64,000 nt of DNA from Balanoglossus misakiensis (Eukaryota; Animalia; Hemichordata), in assembly GCA_040954595.2 (NCBI GenBank), contig CM082598.2, positions 7,207,097-7,271,096 of the forward strand, in the 5' to 3' direction. Shown here in pieces: positions 35,789-47,599 of the stretch. Numbering within the stretch: the stretch's first letter is position 1; each line of letters starts with the position of its first letter. Made by a program: the position numbers and the translations under genes. Under the pieces are notes generated by a model. That model was not told where the DNA came from. It worked only from the letters and a program-made list of their open reading frames with translations, and did no database searches.

Positions 35789-38700
35789 CCAGATATCTCC
35801 CAAATCGTAATCAGTATGAAGCTCTCATGGCTGCCCAGATCAGATCAAGTTGCAAGTTTTAATGACCTGCCCAGGCACCGGTCATTCTAATTACTCAAAT
35901 CTTAATTACTTGTAACCCGAAACTGGTGAAGCTGTTTGAATGCTTTCAAATACAGTTTAGGAGGTCAGTCTGTTGCTGCTGTTTTGCAAAGCTCTCAAGT
36001 ATACTTCAGACGGGCAGAATTAAACTTGTAACATGGATTTTGGTGAGTACAAGTTTATGTATGACTGGTGATATACCTTCAGTCAACAAGCAGAACTGGC
36101 AAAATACAAAAGTTGGCTGTGATTGCTGACAAAACTGACCAGGGGTCAGATTACGATTCACTGCATTACCAACAGTTCAGTGTCTGGCAATTCTCTGTGC
36201 TTTCTGTATATTTTGTCTAATGGGCGGGCTAATGACAAGTGTTCTCCTATACTTGTCATTACAGATAAAGTGGTGCATGATTACAGAATGTCCACACGAG
36301 AAATTGCCTCTTTACAAGTCACTGAAGAAGAAAGTGCTCTTCTTACAGGTGAATCAACTACACGGTCTGGGGCTGTGCGAAGACACGTGTACTTTAGGGA
36401 AGATGGGAGCATTACCCCTACTCCTCCAGACAGGGGTGACGAGCAAGGACAGGGAGAAGTAGTTTCTGGTGCCGAAGCCAGCACTACAGATGGTGAGATT
36501 CCCAGCAGATCTCACCAGGGAAATGAGTCTCCGATGGACATTTCCGACAACGAACAAGACATTTCGGCAAACAGATCTATGAGGGCTAGAAAGCGAATCA
36601 GGTATGAACAGTTGGATGACACTGAAAGTGAAGAATGGAGCAGTGATCCTGATTATGCCCCTTCTTCAGATCCCGATTCTGATATTGATACAACATCTGG
36701 TGACGAGGACGAATCGGCCGATGAAGGATTGACGGAAGGGGCACGTCGACGTGTTCGCAATGTACCCCTCACCAGAATAGAATCTACTTGGCGGGAGAGC
36801 GGTTACACAGAACCAACTCATCACGATGATGATGACGACAGTGACAGTGATGATAGCGATGACTGGTCCTATAGATTGAAGCCACACAACAATCTGCATG
36901 CCTTCACCGGCAGTCCTGGTGCCTCGGTAGATTTGGGAGATGAACCCACTCCCCTTAGTACGTTCCAGAAAATTTTCCCACCATCACTGGTAACAAAGCT
37001 GCGACAAGAAACCAACAGCTACGCCAGGTGGGTGAGACGGCAAACTGGTAAGGAGGACAGATTTTGGTCACCAGTTGACAACGATGAGATGCAAGCCGTC
37101 ATCGGTATATTGATATTGATGGGTGCAGATCCAAAACATGAAGTCGCTGACTACTGGTCGACAAATAGATCACTCCGAAATGACTTCATTGCCAGTGTTA
37201 TGAGCAGAAATCGGTTTCAGAAGATAATGCAGTATTTCCACTGCAATGACGCTGACCGAGACCCAGCTAATATGGAGGTGGGTGAAGCACGAAGGAGGGC
37301 AAGACAGGCACAACCTATGTATAAGGTGGCACCAGTACTTGACGCTGTAATGGCAAACTCTCGTGAGTGCTATGGCCTGCATGAACAGATAGCCATCGAT
37401 GAATCAATAGTGGCATACAAGGGACGATACAACGGTATTCCTACTGTATTCATCAAGGGAAAACCACACGCGAAAGGCTTCAAAGTCTATACCCTTGCAG
37501 ACAGTGTCACTAATTACATGGCAAATATGAAGTTCATGACAACAACTGGCAGTCATGAAAACGATATGCGTGATGTCTCAAGAACGACAGCCATCTGCGT
37601 AGACCTGGTACAGCATGTACAGGGACAGTATCACACCCTTTTTACGGACAGTTTCTACACAAGCATGCCATTGGCGACAACACTGCTTGAGGAGTACCAG
37701 ACATATCTGGTTGGCAGCATCCGGCAAGATAGAGTGGGTTTTCCTAATGCACTACGTACAAACCCCAAAAGGAACCCAAACAGTGCGCAGATAGCAGGGT
37801 TACAAAGGGGACAGTTTGTCACTCTGCAGAAGGGCAACTTGGTAGTGGTCGCATGGAAAGATTCGAGCCTGTTGTATTTAGTGACTAACTGTTATGAAGG
37901 CTATAGAACGGATGGCCAACGAGTGGTCCGATACGTAAAGTCGGCTCAATTACTGAGAAAGATTGCGTACAGCCTGCCAGCGCCTGATGTGGTTTCCAAG
38001 TACAACCAGTACATGGGTGGTGTCGACAGAGCCAATCAGCTAAGATCGTACTATACATCTCAGCGACAAACCCACAAATGGTGGAAGTACATTTTCTTCT
38101 TCCTGCTGGACACTGCGATATCAAATAGCTGGATAATCTACACCGAACTGGTTGATGAGCGGAAAAAGCACAAGGCCTTCCAGGTCGATGTTGGCAATGC
38201 AATGGTTGGTGGCTTTACTTCCCGCAAACAAATGCTAACCAGCACGGCACCACCGATACACACATACAAGCATCACAGCTTGGTGAAAGGGGATGGCAGA
38301 GGTGCAAGCTGTAGAATGTGTATAAAGATGGGAAGGAAAACCCCGAGTGGCTGTTTTGTCACCACAGTGTTCCTGTGCAGCCAGTGCCGTATACACCTTT
38401 GCAAAGACTGCTTCCTACCCTACCATCACGTAGCCACAGGTAGTCCAAGTGTTGTGGCTGTTACCCAAACAGAGGTGGATGACCTAAATGAGGCAATGAG
38501 ACGGTGGACTATAGCACAACCTCGAGGCAGAGGAAGACCGTCTACAACCGGGACAGGGAGGCAGCAGCCTGCAGCCGCCGAGCCACATGCTGGACCCAGT
38601 GGACAACAGTCTGTGAATCGCACAGCAAGAAGGGGACGTGGTGCTTCCAGAGGAACTGCAAGATCGGTCGCCGCAGAAAGACAGCAGTCCATCAATGAAG

Positions 38701-39195
38701 CACAAGCTCCAACAAGAGGACGACCACCACTTCAAAGGGGAAGTCGCGGTGGACGGATGAGAAGAAATGGTCCCAAGGGGCGGGGGGCTATTTGAACGCA
38801 AACAAGTGTTAAATTTGGGCCCTGGGGCGGGGGGCTCTTTGTCGTTAGAGAAGTAAACTACTGGTATAACACTTTCGTCTTGTGTCTTGCAGGATTAGTC
38901 GTGAAGTTGCACACAAGCAAACATACTGCCATATTTTGAGGTAGGCTAAACATGCTAGCCAACTCGGAACTATTGGTAGTGCAGTGAATCGTAATAGGCC
39001 TGGGTCTGATGTACTTGCAAACTCAATAAGCCCAACTCTGAAGTACTTGCAACATGTTGACGGCCCAAGTCTGATTTACTCAGTCAAAAAAACCCTATGG
39101 GAAATCCATGACAGGTTGCAACAAATCCAGACTTGGTAGTTTAGAATGGCAAACCCATGGGAGCTTCCTATGTATTACGGCTGGGAGAAAGAGGA
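35789..39195 (+). mobile_element. Autonomous-type piggyBac DNA transposon (~3.4 kb) with TTAA target-site duplication
   Basis: TTAA at 35785-35788 and 39196-39199; imperfect TIRs sharing TCTCCCA..CGTAAT. Removing the element approximately restores the host repeat (TTTGTA-TTAA-T..GAAAAA..TGGATCAAA). Confidence 0.88.
36288..38795 (+). CDS. piggyBac (PGBD-like) transposase with acidic N-terminus, DDD core, Cys-rich domain and Arg/Gly-rich tail
   Basis: MSRNRF, AIDES (D at 37398), FTDSFYTS (D at 37647), YNQYMGGVD (D at 38025), KWWK..FFFLLD, CRMC..CSQC..LCKDCFLPYH. First in-frame ATG is at 36288; a spliced start at 36033 is possible. Confidence 0.95.
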   Translation: MSTREIASLQVTEEESALLTGESTTRSGAVRRHVYFREDGSITPTPPDRGDEQGQGEVVSGAEASTTDGEIPSRSHQGNESPMDISDNEQDISANRSMRARKRIRYEQLDDTESEEWSSDPDYAPSSDPDSDIDTTSGDEDESADEGLTEGARRRVRNVPLTRIESTWRESGYTEPTHHDDDDDSDSDDSDDWSYRLKPHNNLHAFTGSPGASVDLGDEPTPLSTFQKIFPPSLVTKLRQETNSYARWVRRQTGKEDRFWSPVDNDEMQAVIGILILMGADPKHEVADYWSTNRSLRNDFIASVMSRNRFQKIMQYFHCNDADRDPANMEVGEARRRARQAQPMYKVAPVLDAVMANSRECYGLHEQIAIDESIVAYKGRYNGIPTVFIKGKPHAKGFKVYTLADSVTNYMANMKFMTTTGSHENDMRDVSRTTAICVDLVQHVQGQYHTLFTDSFYTSMPLATTLLEEYQTYLVGSIRQDRVGFPNALRTNPKRNPNSAQIAGLQRGQFVTLQKGNLVVVAWKDSSLLYLVTNCYEGYRTDGQRVVRYVKSAQLLRKIAYSLPAPDVVSKYNQYMGGVDRANQLRSYYTSQRQTHKWWKYIFFFLLDTAISNSWIIYTELVDERKKHKAFQVDVGNAMVGGFTSRKQMLTSTAPPIHTYKHHSLVKGDGRGASCRMCIKMGRKTPSGCFVTTVFLCSQCRIHLCKDCFLPYHHVATGSPSVVAVTQTEVDDLNEAMRRWTIAQPRGRGRPSTTGTGRQQPAAAEPHAGPSGQQSVNRTARRGRGASRGTARSVAAERQQSINEAQAPTRGRPPLQRGSRGGRMRRNGPKGRGAI

Positions 39196-42100
39196 TTAAT
39201 AGGTGTTGAAAAAGGTTGGATCAAAGGACATGTGAAAGTTGCCAAAACATTGTAACATATTCTAGTTGTATGGTGACTCGTATCCATTAAAGGAATTTGT
39301 ATGCAATCAATGCTTAGGCTAAAAATAGGAAAATTTAGTTTTTAATCGGAGTTTAGAAAATCTAATTTGGCTCCAATGAGATTTAACCAATCAAAATTCA
39401 CTTGAAAACTTGATTAGATAAAAAAATGACAATTTTAATGAGATTTTCAAAAATACAACAAGGCATCAAAAGTCACATGACCACTAATGATATTATTGTC
39501 AAACTTTGAACTGGACAGTCAATTAGTAATTGATTTGCCCTGCAGTTTTGAAAAAAAAATGTCAACTTGTAGAAATTATCAGAAAATCCAATATGGCCGT
39601 CATGAAGAAGACAATTAAACTTACAAGCAGCATAGCAGGGGCTAAACTGGTTAGCATGGTTTCAAAAGAAAGCAAAGGCTGTAAATGGTAAATGGTAAAG
39701 TACTTCATTAGGTGTTCCAGTCCTCTAAATTTGAAACATGCATCTGCTGTGCATGCCAGGTTATGGGAAAGTAGATCAAAGGTCATTGCCAAAATTATCA
39801 AAAAATTAGGTTATGTTCCGGCAGCAGTAGTACTCTTGTAAACAAAATCATGACTGTTGTGCTTTTTAACAAGAATCGTATCCACGTACAATTAAGTTCA
39901 GAAAACACTGGATCAAAGGACATGTGTAGTTGTCAAAATTTTGTATAATCAAGTTCTGAGAAAACTGGATCAAAACATGTATTCTGGTCATATGGCGACT
40001 CGTATCCATACAAAAGTTTTATCCAATAAGGTTGAACCAATCACAATTCACTTGAAAACTTAAGTAGAAAAAGATTTTTGACATTTTTAACGAGATTTTT
40101 CAAAAATCCATAATAAATCCAAAGTCACATGACCACTAACATTATTATTGAAAAAATTGGAATCGCACAGTAAATTAGAACTTTATTGGCCTTGTAATTT
40201 TTAAAAAAGTCAACTTTTAAAGGTTATCAGAAAATCCAATATGGCCGCCATGACGAAGACAAAGCTAAAAGCAGCATTGGAGGGACGAATGTCCTTAGCA
40301 TGGTTCCAACAGAAAGCAAAGGCTGTATCTGTAGCAGATGCCGAGAAATGGTAAAGTAAGCCAGATGTCATGCAAAATTGTGCCAACAAATTTTGATATC
40401 AAACTGATCAAACTGATCAGTGTCCAGACTTCTAAGCTATATTGGTTAACTTGAAATTGCTTATGTACATAATTATTGTGTTAACGTTTAAGACTTCATT
40501 AGGTGTTCCAGTCCTAAAAATTTGAAGGCTGTATCTGCTGTACATTCCAAGGCATGGGATAGTAGATCAAAGGTCATTTCCAAAGTTATCAAAAGATTTG
40601 GGTTATGTCCTGGCAGCAGTAGTACTCATGTGAACAAAATCATGACTGTTGTGCTTTTTAACAAGAGGCATATCCACATAAAATTAAGTAGTGAACAAAA
40701 ATGGATTAGAGAATGTGTGAAAGTTGCCAAAAAATGGAACGTATTCTAGTCATATGGTGACTCGTATCCATAAAAAATAGTTGTGTGCTATCAATTAGTA
40801 GGCAAGAAATAGGAAAATTTAGTTGTTAATCGGATTTTAGAAAATTCATTTTGGCTCCATAAATAAATGAGATGTTTTAATGAGATTTTCAAAAATCCAA
40901 TAAGGCATCCAAAGTCACATGACCACTAATGATATTATTGTCAAACTTTGTGAACAGTAAATTAGAACTTGATTCGCCCTGCAGTTTTGAAAAAAAGTCA
41001 ACTTTTATAGATTATCAGAATATCCTATATGGCAACCATGAAGGAGACAATTAAAGCAACATGCAGCATTGCAGGGGCCAAAGTGGTTAGCATGGTTCCA
41101 ACACAAAGCAAAGGCTGTATATGTTATGGATGCTGAGAAATGGTAAAGTAAGTCAGAGGTCATGCAAAATTGTGCTAAGAAAATTTGATATCACACTGAT
41201 CCGTATCCAACAAAAAGCCAGACTTCTAACTCTATTGGTTAATTTGAAAAAGCTTATGTACATAAATATTGTGTTAAAGTTTAAACTTCATTAGGTGTTT
41301 AAGTCCTCCAAATTTGAAGACTGTATCTGCTGTGCATGCCAAGTTATGGGGAAGTACATCAAAGGTAATTGCCAAAATTATCAAAATATATGTGTTATGT
41401 CCTGGCAGCAGTAGTACTAATGTGAGCAAAATCATGACTGTTGTGCTTTTTAACAAGAGGCATATCCACATAAAATTAAGTTCTGGAATTACTGGATCAA
41501 AGGACATGCGAGAGTCACCGGCAAATTGTAATATATTCTGGTCATATGGTGACTCATATCCATAAAAATAATTTGTGTGCTTTCAATGAGAAGGCTAGAA
41601 ATAGGAAATTTTAGTTTTTAATCAGAGATCAGAAAATCCAATATGGGTCCAATTAGTTTTAACCAATCACAATTTACTTGATTTTTTTATGATATTTGTC
41701 AAAAATCCAATTATGCATCCAAAGCCACATGACCACTACTGATACTATTATTGTCAAACAGACTTCAGAAAACAGACTTCTCAGCTGTATTGGTTAACTT
41801 GAAATTGCTTATGTACATAATTATTGTGTTAAAGTTTAATACTTCATTAGGTGTTTCAGTCCTCCAAATATTTTGTTTATTTCCTGGCAGCAGAAAGCAA
41901 AGGCTGCATCTGTTATAGATGCAAAACTCCTGTGAACAAAATCATGACTGGTGTGCTTTTTGACAAGAAGCATATCCATGCACAATTAAGTTCTGGAAAA
42001 AATGGATCAAAGGACATTCAAAAATTGCCCAAAAATTGTAATATAATCTGGTCATGTGGTGACTCATATCTATTGAAAGAATTTGGGTAGGTTTGAAATA

Positions 42101-42283
42101 GGATTTTTATTTAAATCGTGTGTTTAGAAAATCCGATTTCGCTTTAATTAGGATAAACCAATCACAATTCACTTGAAAACGTGATTAGGAAAAGATTTGT
42201 GAAATTTTTCATGAGATTTTTCAAAAATTCAAAATGGCAACCAAAGTGACATGACCACTAATGATATTATTGTCCAACATTAA

Positions 42284-42859
42284 AGGTCTCATGTCATGCT
42301 TTGGAAAGTTTTCATTTTTCCACGTCAAAAGCTCACCTAGGGTACCTGTCTATGCATTGCCTATTGTGTCGGTTCCGAAAAATGTGCGCGAATGCCGGAA
42401 TTTGCCCCCTTTTTTCATGCCTGTGATCAGGGAGCCACTTCGCACTCGAGCCAGGCGAAGGTATTTGCATATGGACAAACAAGTACACTACATTGTAGTG
42501 TACCATTCTGTTTACAGTAAAGTGTAATTAGCAGTCCATGAGTAATTAAGTCCACAGACAAAGACAAGCTATATAAACAGTGTTCAAAGCAAAGGAAGCC
42601 CTTGCCTCACATTGCAGGCAGAGGATTTACAAAGGTGTGAAAGACTATTTGTCCACATCAAGATAAGTCTTCGGCTTAACTTCAAAAAGCCGAAAAAAAT
42701 CGACTGAGTTGGGTTAGGGGTACACGCCCACCCGCCACTTTTACTTGCTTGTTATCTAAGCACAAGGGGCAAAACGCATTGCAAGATAGTAACATACGTT
42801 AACTTCAAGACCCAAATAGTGATTTTACGCGTGGTTGTATAGGGCATGGCATGAGACCT
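42284..42859. mobile_element. Kolobok-type non-autonomous element (576 bp) with 16-bp TIRs and TTAA TSD
   Basis: TTAA|AGGTCTCATGTCATGC ... GCATGGCATGAGACCT|TTAA (15/16 TIR match). Purine-purine termini with TTAA point to Kolobok rather than piggyBac. The host repeat resumes as ..CAACATTAAACCGCACAG. Confidence 0.85.
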
Positions 42860-45824
42860 TTAAACCGCACAGTAAATTAGAACTTGATTTGCCTTGTAGT
42901 TGTTGAAAAGATGTAAATTTTTAAGGGTTATCATAATATCCAATATGGCCACCATTAAGAAGAAATGGGATGGGCCCAAGCGGTTAGCATGGTTCCAACA
43001 GAAAGCAAAGGATGTTTTGTGAAAAAAATCTTATGAAAACTCATATTCGAAAGAGCATACAGTGTGGTTTAACCGTGAGCGTCATTGGGCAAAATTTCTT
43101 TTTGGATTTTGGCGCTATATAAACTTTTTTGTTTGATTGATTTGATTTGTTTGATTTTGTTGTGGATGCAAAGAAATGGTAAAGTAAGCCAGAGGTCACA
43201 CAAAATTGTGACACAAATTTTTTATCTTAAACTGATCAGTGTCAAACAAAAAAAACAGATTTCTAAGCTCTATTGGTTAACTTAAATTAGATTATGTACA
43301 AAATTATTGTGTAAAAGTTTAATACTTCATTGGGTGTTCCAGTCCACCAAATTTGAAGGCTGTATCTGCTGTACATGCCAAGGCATGGGATAGTAGACCA
43401 AAGGTCATTGCCAAAATTATCAAAAGATTTTGGTTGTGTCCTGGCAGCAGTAGTACTCATGTGAACAAAATCATGACTGTTGTGCTTTTTAACAAGAGGC
43501 ATATCCACATAAAATAATTTCTGGAATTACTGGATCAAAGAACATGTGGAAGTAGTCTAATAATTATGATATATTCTGTTCCTATGGTGACACGTATCCA
43601 TAAAAAGAATTTGTGTGGTTTCAATGAGCACGCTAGAAATAGGAAATTTTAGTTTTTAATCGGAGATCAGAAAATCCAATTTGGCTCCAATAAGGTTTAC
43701 CCAATCACATTCTACTTGAAAACTTGATTAGAAATAAATGTTTTGAATTTTTTTTATTCTATTTTTCAAAAATCCAAAGCCACATGACCACTAACGATAT
43801 TATTGTCAAACATTGAACCGCACAGTCAATTTGAACCTGATTGGCCCTGTAGTTTTTGAAAAGAAATGTCACCTTTTAAAGGTTATCCGAAAATCCAATA
43901 TGGCCGCCATGAACAAGACAATTACAACTAAAAGCAGCATTGGAGGGACCAACGTGGTTAGTATGGTTCCAACAGAAAGCAAAGGCTGTATCTGTTAATG
44001 ATGCTGAGAAATGGTAAATAAGCCAGAGGTCACGCAAATTTGGGCCAACAAATTTTGATATCAAACTGAGCTGTGTCCAACAGAAAACAGACTTCTAAGC
44101 TCTATTGGTTAACTTGAAATAGCTTATGTACATAATTATTGTGTTAACGTTTAATACTTCATAAGGTGTTCCAGTCCACCAAATTTGAAGGCTGTATCTG
44201 CTGTACATGCCAAGGCATGGGATAGTAGATCAAAGGTCATTGCCAAAATTATCAAAAGATTTGGGTTATGTCCTGGCAGCAGTAGTACTCATGTGAACAA
44301 AATCATGACAGCTGTGCTGTTTAACAAGAGGCATATCCACATAAAATAAGTTCTTGAATTACTGGATCAAAGGACATGCGAGAGTCGAAAACAAGTTGTT
44401 TAATCAAGTTTTGTAAAAATTTGATCAAAGAACATCTGAAAGTAGTCTAATAATTTTGATATATTCTGGTCCTATGGTGACTCATATCCATAAAAAGAAT
44501 TTGTGTGGTTTCAACGAATACGCTAGAAATAGAAAATGTTAGTCTTTTATCAGAAAATTTTAGTCTTTTATCAGAGATCAGAAAATCCAATTTGGCTCCA
44601 ATAAGGTTTACCCAATCACAATTTACTTGAAAACTTGATTATAAATAGATTTTTTGATTTTTTTTATGATATTTTTCAAAAATCCAAAGCCACATGACCA
44701 CTGACGATATTATTGTCAAACATTGAACCGCACAGTCAATTAGAACTTGATTGGCCCTGTATTTTTTGAAAAAAATGTCACCTTTTAAAGGTTATCCAAA
44801 AATCCAATATGGCCACCATGAAGAAGACAATTAAAACTAAACGCAGCATTGGAGGGACCAACGGGGTTAGCATGGTTCCAAGAGAAAGCAAAGGCTTTAT
44901 CTGTTATAGATGCTGAGAAATGGTAAGTAAGCCATAGGTCACGCAAATTTGTGCTAACAAATTTTGATATCAAACTGAGCTGTGTCCAACAGAAAACAGA
45001 CTTCTAAGCTCTATCGGTTAACTTGAAATAGCTTATGTACATAATTATTGTGTTAAAATTTAATTCTTCATTAGGTGTTCCAGTCCACCAAATTTAAAGG
45101 CTGTATCTGCTGTACATGCCAAGGCATGGGATAATATATCAAAGGTCATTGCCAAAATTATCAAAATATGTGGGTTATGTCCTGTCAGCAGTAGTACTCA
45201 TGTGAACAAAATCATGACTGTTGTGCTTTTTAACAAGAGGCATATCCAAATTAAATAAGTTCTCGAATTACTGGATCAAAGGACATGCGAGAGTCGCAAA
45301 CAAATTGTTTAATCAAGTTTTGTAAAATCTTGATCAAAGAACATATGAAAGTAGTCTAATAATTGTGATATATTCTGGTCATATGGTGACTCGTATCCAT
45401 AAAAAGAATTTGTGTGGTTTCAATGAGCACGCTAGAAATAGGAAATTTTAGTCTTTTATCGGAGATCAGAAAATCCAATTTGGCTCCAATAGGGTTTATC
45501 CAATCACAATTTACTTGAAAACTTGATTAGAAATAGATTTTTGAAATTTTTTTATGATATTTTTCAAAAATCCAAAGCCACATGACCACTAATGATATTA
45601 TTGTCAAACATTGAACCGCACAGTCAATTAGAAGACCAAATTTGAAGGCTGTATCTGCTGTACATGCCAAGGCACTGGATAGTAGATCAAAGGTCATTGC
45701 CAAAATTATCAAAAGATTTGGGTTATGTCCTGGCAGCAGTAGTACTCATGTGAACAAAATCATGACAGTTGAGCTTTTTAACAAGATGCATATCTATGTA
45801 TAATTTACTTCTTATAAAATAATA

Positions 45825-47470
45825 TAAAGGACACTGTGGTGCCCTTTGGGGATTACACAGAAATTAGGTATTCGCCAGAATTAAATTCAGGGGCGACATT
45901 GGCAAGCATATATGGCATTACTATTTAAATACTATGGAAACATAAAAAAATTAACTATGCCAAATAAAGTGTTATGTGCCACAGCAATCTTACAAGCTAC
46001 ACTAAAAAAACAACAACTGATTTGTGTCCAAAAACTGTCTGTAAAAATACATGCGAGTATGACAAATTAATTAGTCCAATCAGACAGAGGCATTCACTGA
46101 CCTACCACCAGTTTATAATAAAATTATATAAAAATGCAAGATTCACAGAAGATTACTTCTGTCAGTTTTACAGGAGATCATCTAAACTTGTAAAAAAATC
46201 TCTATTTTTTGCATGGCACCATGGTAAAATATGAAAATTTGCAATGTTTGATGTTCCGTGTCTAAATCATGTTTGATCTAATTTTCACGAAATTTTCAGA
46301 TTATATTACAATATATGTGCAGATACAGATAGTGACTTCTGTTTTGGATATCTGGATTATAATTTAATTCCCAGGCGCTCAAATATGGTAAACCTAGCAT
46401 TTTACCATTGCAAATGGGCGGCCATATTGGGTTGACATTTCATTAGATGGCAATATTTGTTTATACACTGCAATTTGCTGAAAATCTGTTCAATCACTGT
46501 AGTAAGTGGAAATATTTAAATTCTTGTGTATTTTAGCAATCATAAAGCTGATATTACTACCAAAAAATTTTTATACAGTTACTTCTGGACAGCAAAAATT
46601 GCCATCATTCAAGTCAAAGTCTCAGATCGGCCCTTTTGCTTGCCTGTGTCGAGCAGATATCAACAGTGGAGAAAGTTGGATAGTTTAATTTCTACATGTT
46701 ACCTGTACTATCCTTGTAGACTATTAACATTAACAAGAATTTCATATTAAATTTTGGTATGATATGCATGGAAAGACTGGCTGGTTATAAATCATAAAAA
46801 TGGACGCCGTTGCACCATACAGTTTTACTGCATACACACGTATTTTAAGCAAACTGTGTCTTTCATGTATTCCACTTTTCTCCCTTCCTTGCTGGCTTTC
46901 TATATTTCTTTTCTGACTGTGTCTTTATGAAATTACTGATTTTTTTTTTTTTTTTTTTGGGGGGGGGGGGTAATTCAATTTCTGGCTCAAAAAATTGTAC
47001 TAGAGCTGGTAAGGTTTCCTGAAAATTAATCCCTGTATCTTTAACGCAGATGTGCAAGTTCATATAAAGTTCATTGGTTAAAGGAATATTATGAGCTGAT
47101 AAATTTACTAAGCTCTTCTTCCCAGTTAGAAGCTCTGCTATATTATCAACTACTCTCAATGCTACTTCAATAATGTTGCCTGTGCAAATTGACAATCAAA
47201 ATATCCATTAGTTAGACAACATATTTGGTTGGGTAATTACAGAATAATTACTTTAATTCCATGCATACTCTACCTAAACTCAAATTAGAATATATAACTA
47301 AAATTATAGTTATACACAGGTCTATAAAATGCTAAGAAAATGTAAAATCTAGGAAAGAACACCCATGGGCATTCAGCTCTTAGCAGATAACATCAGTCAC
47401 TTTGAAGACATGTCACTTCCCAGACTTTACTAAAAAAAACGTCCAACTCTGACGTTAAACGCATCTCCAA
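45825..47470. repeat. Non-satellite ~1.65-kb segment, duplicated at ~52046-53720 (probable non-autonomous TE portion)
   Basis: Both copies start TAAAGGACACYGTGGTGCCC; ORF-track pairs are offset 6221-6223 bp. Copy 1 breaks at GCATCTCCAA back into the array, while copy 2 continues. Confidence 0.85.
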
Positions 47471-47599
47471 AAAATCCAATATGGCAACCATGAAGAAGAC
47501 AATTAAAGCAACATGCTGCATTGGAGGGACCAAAGGCTGTTTCTGTTGTGGATGCCAAGAAATGGTAAAGTAAGCCAGAGGTCATGCAAAAATGTGCTA

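Noticed and set aside
36123-36287. N-terminal 55 aa of the 890-aa ORF-track transposase
   Set aside because: It starts at CTG and lies mostly within the predicted intron 36043-36264.
45825-45845. Kolobok-like left end TAAAGGACACTGTGGT (also at 52046)
   Set aside because: No intact TTAA and no matching inverted right end found by eye in the window, so no family was assigned.
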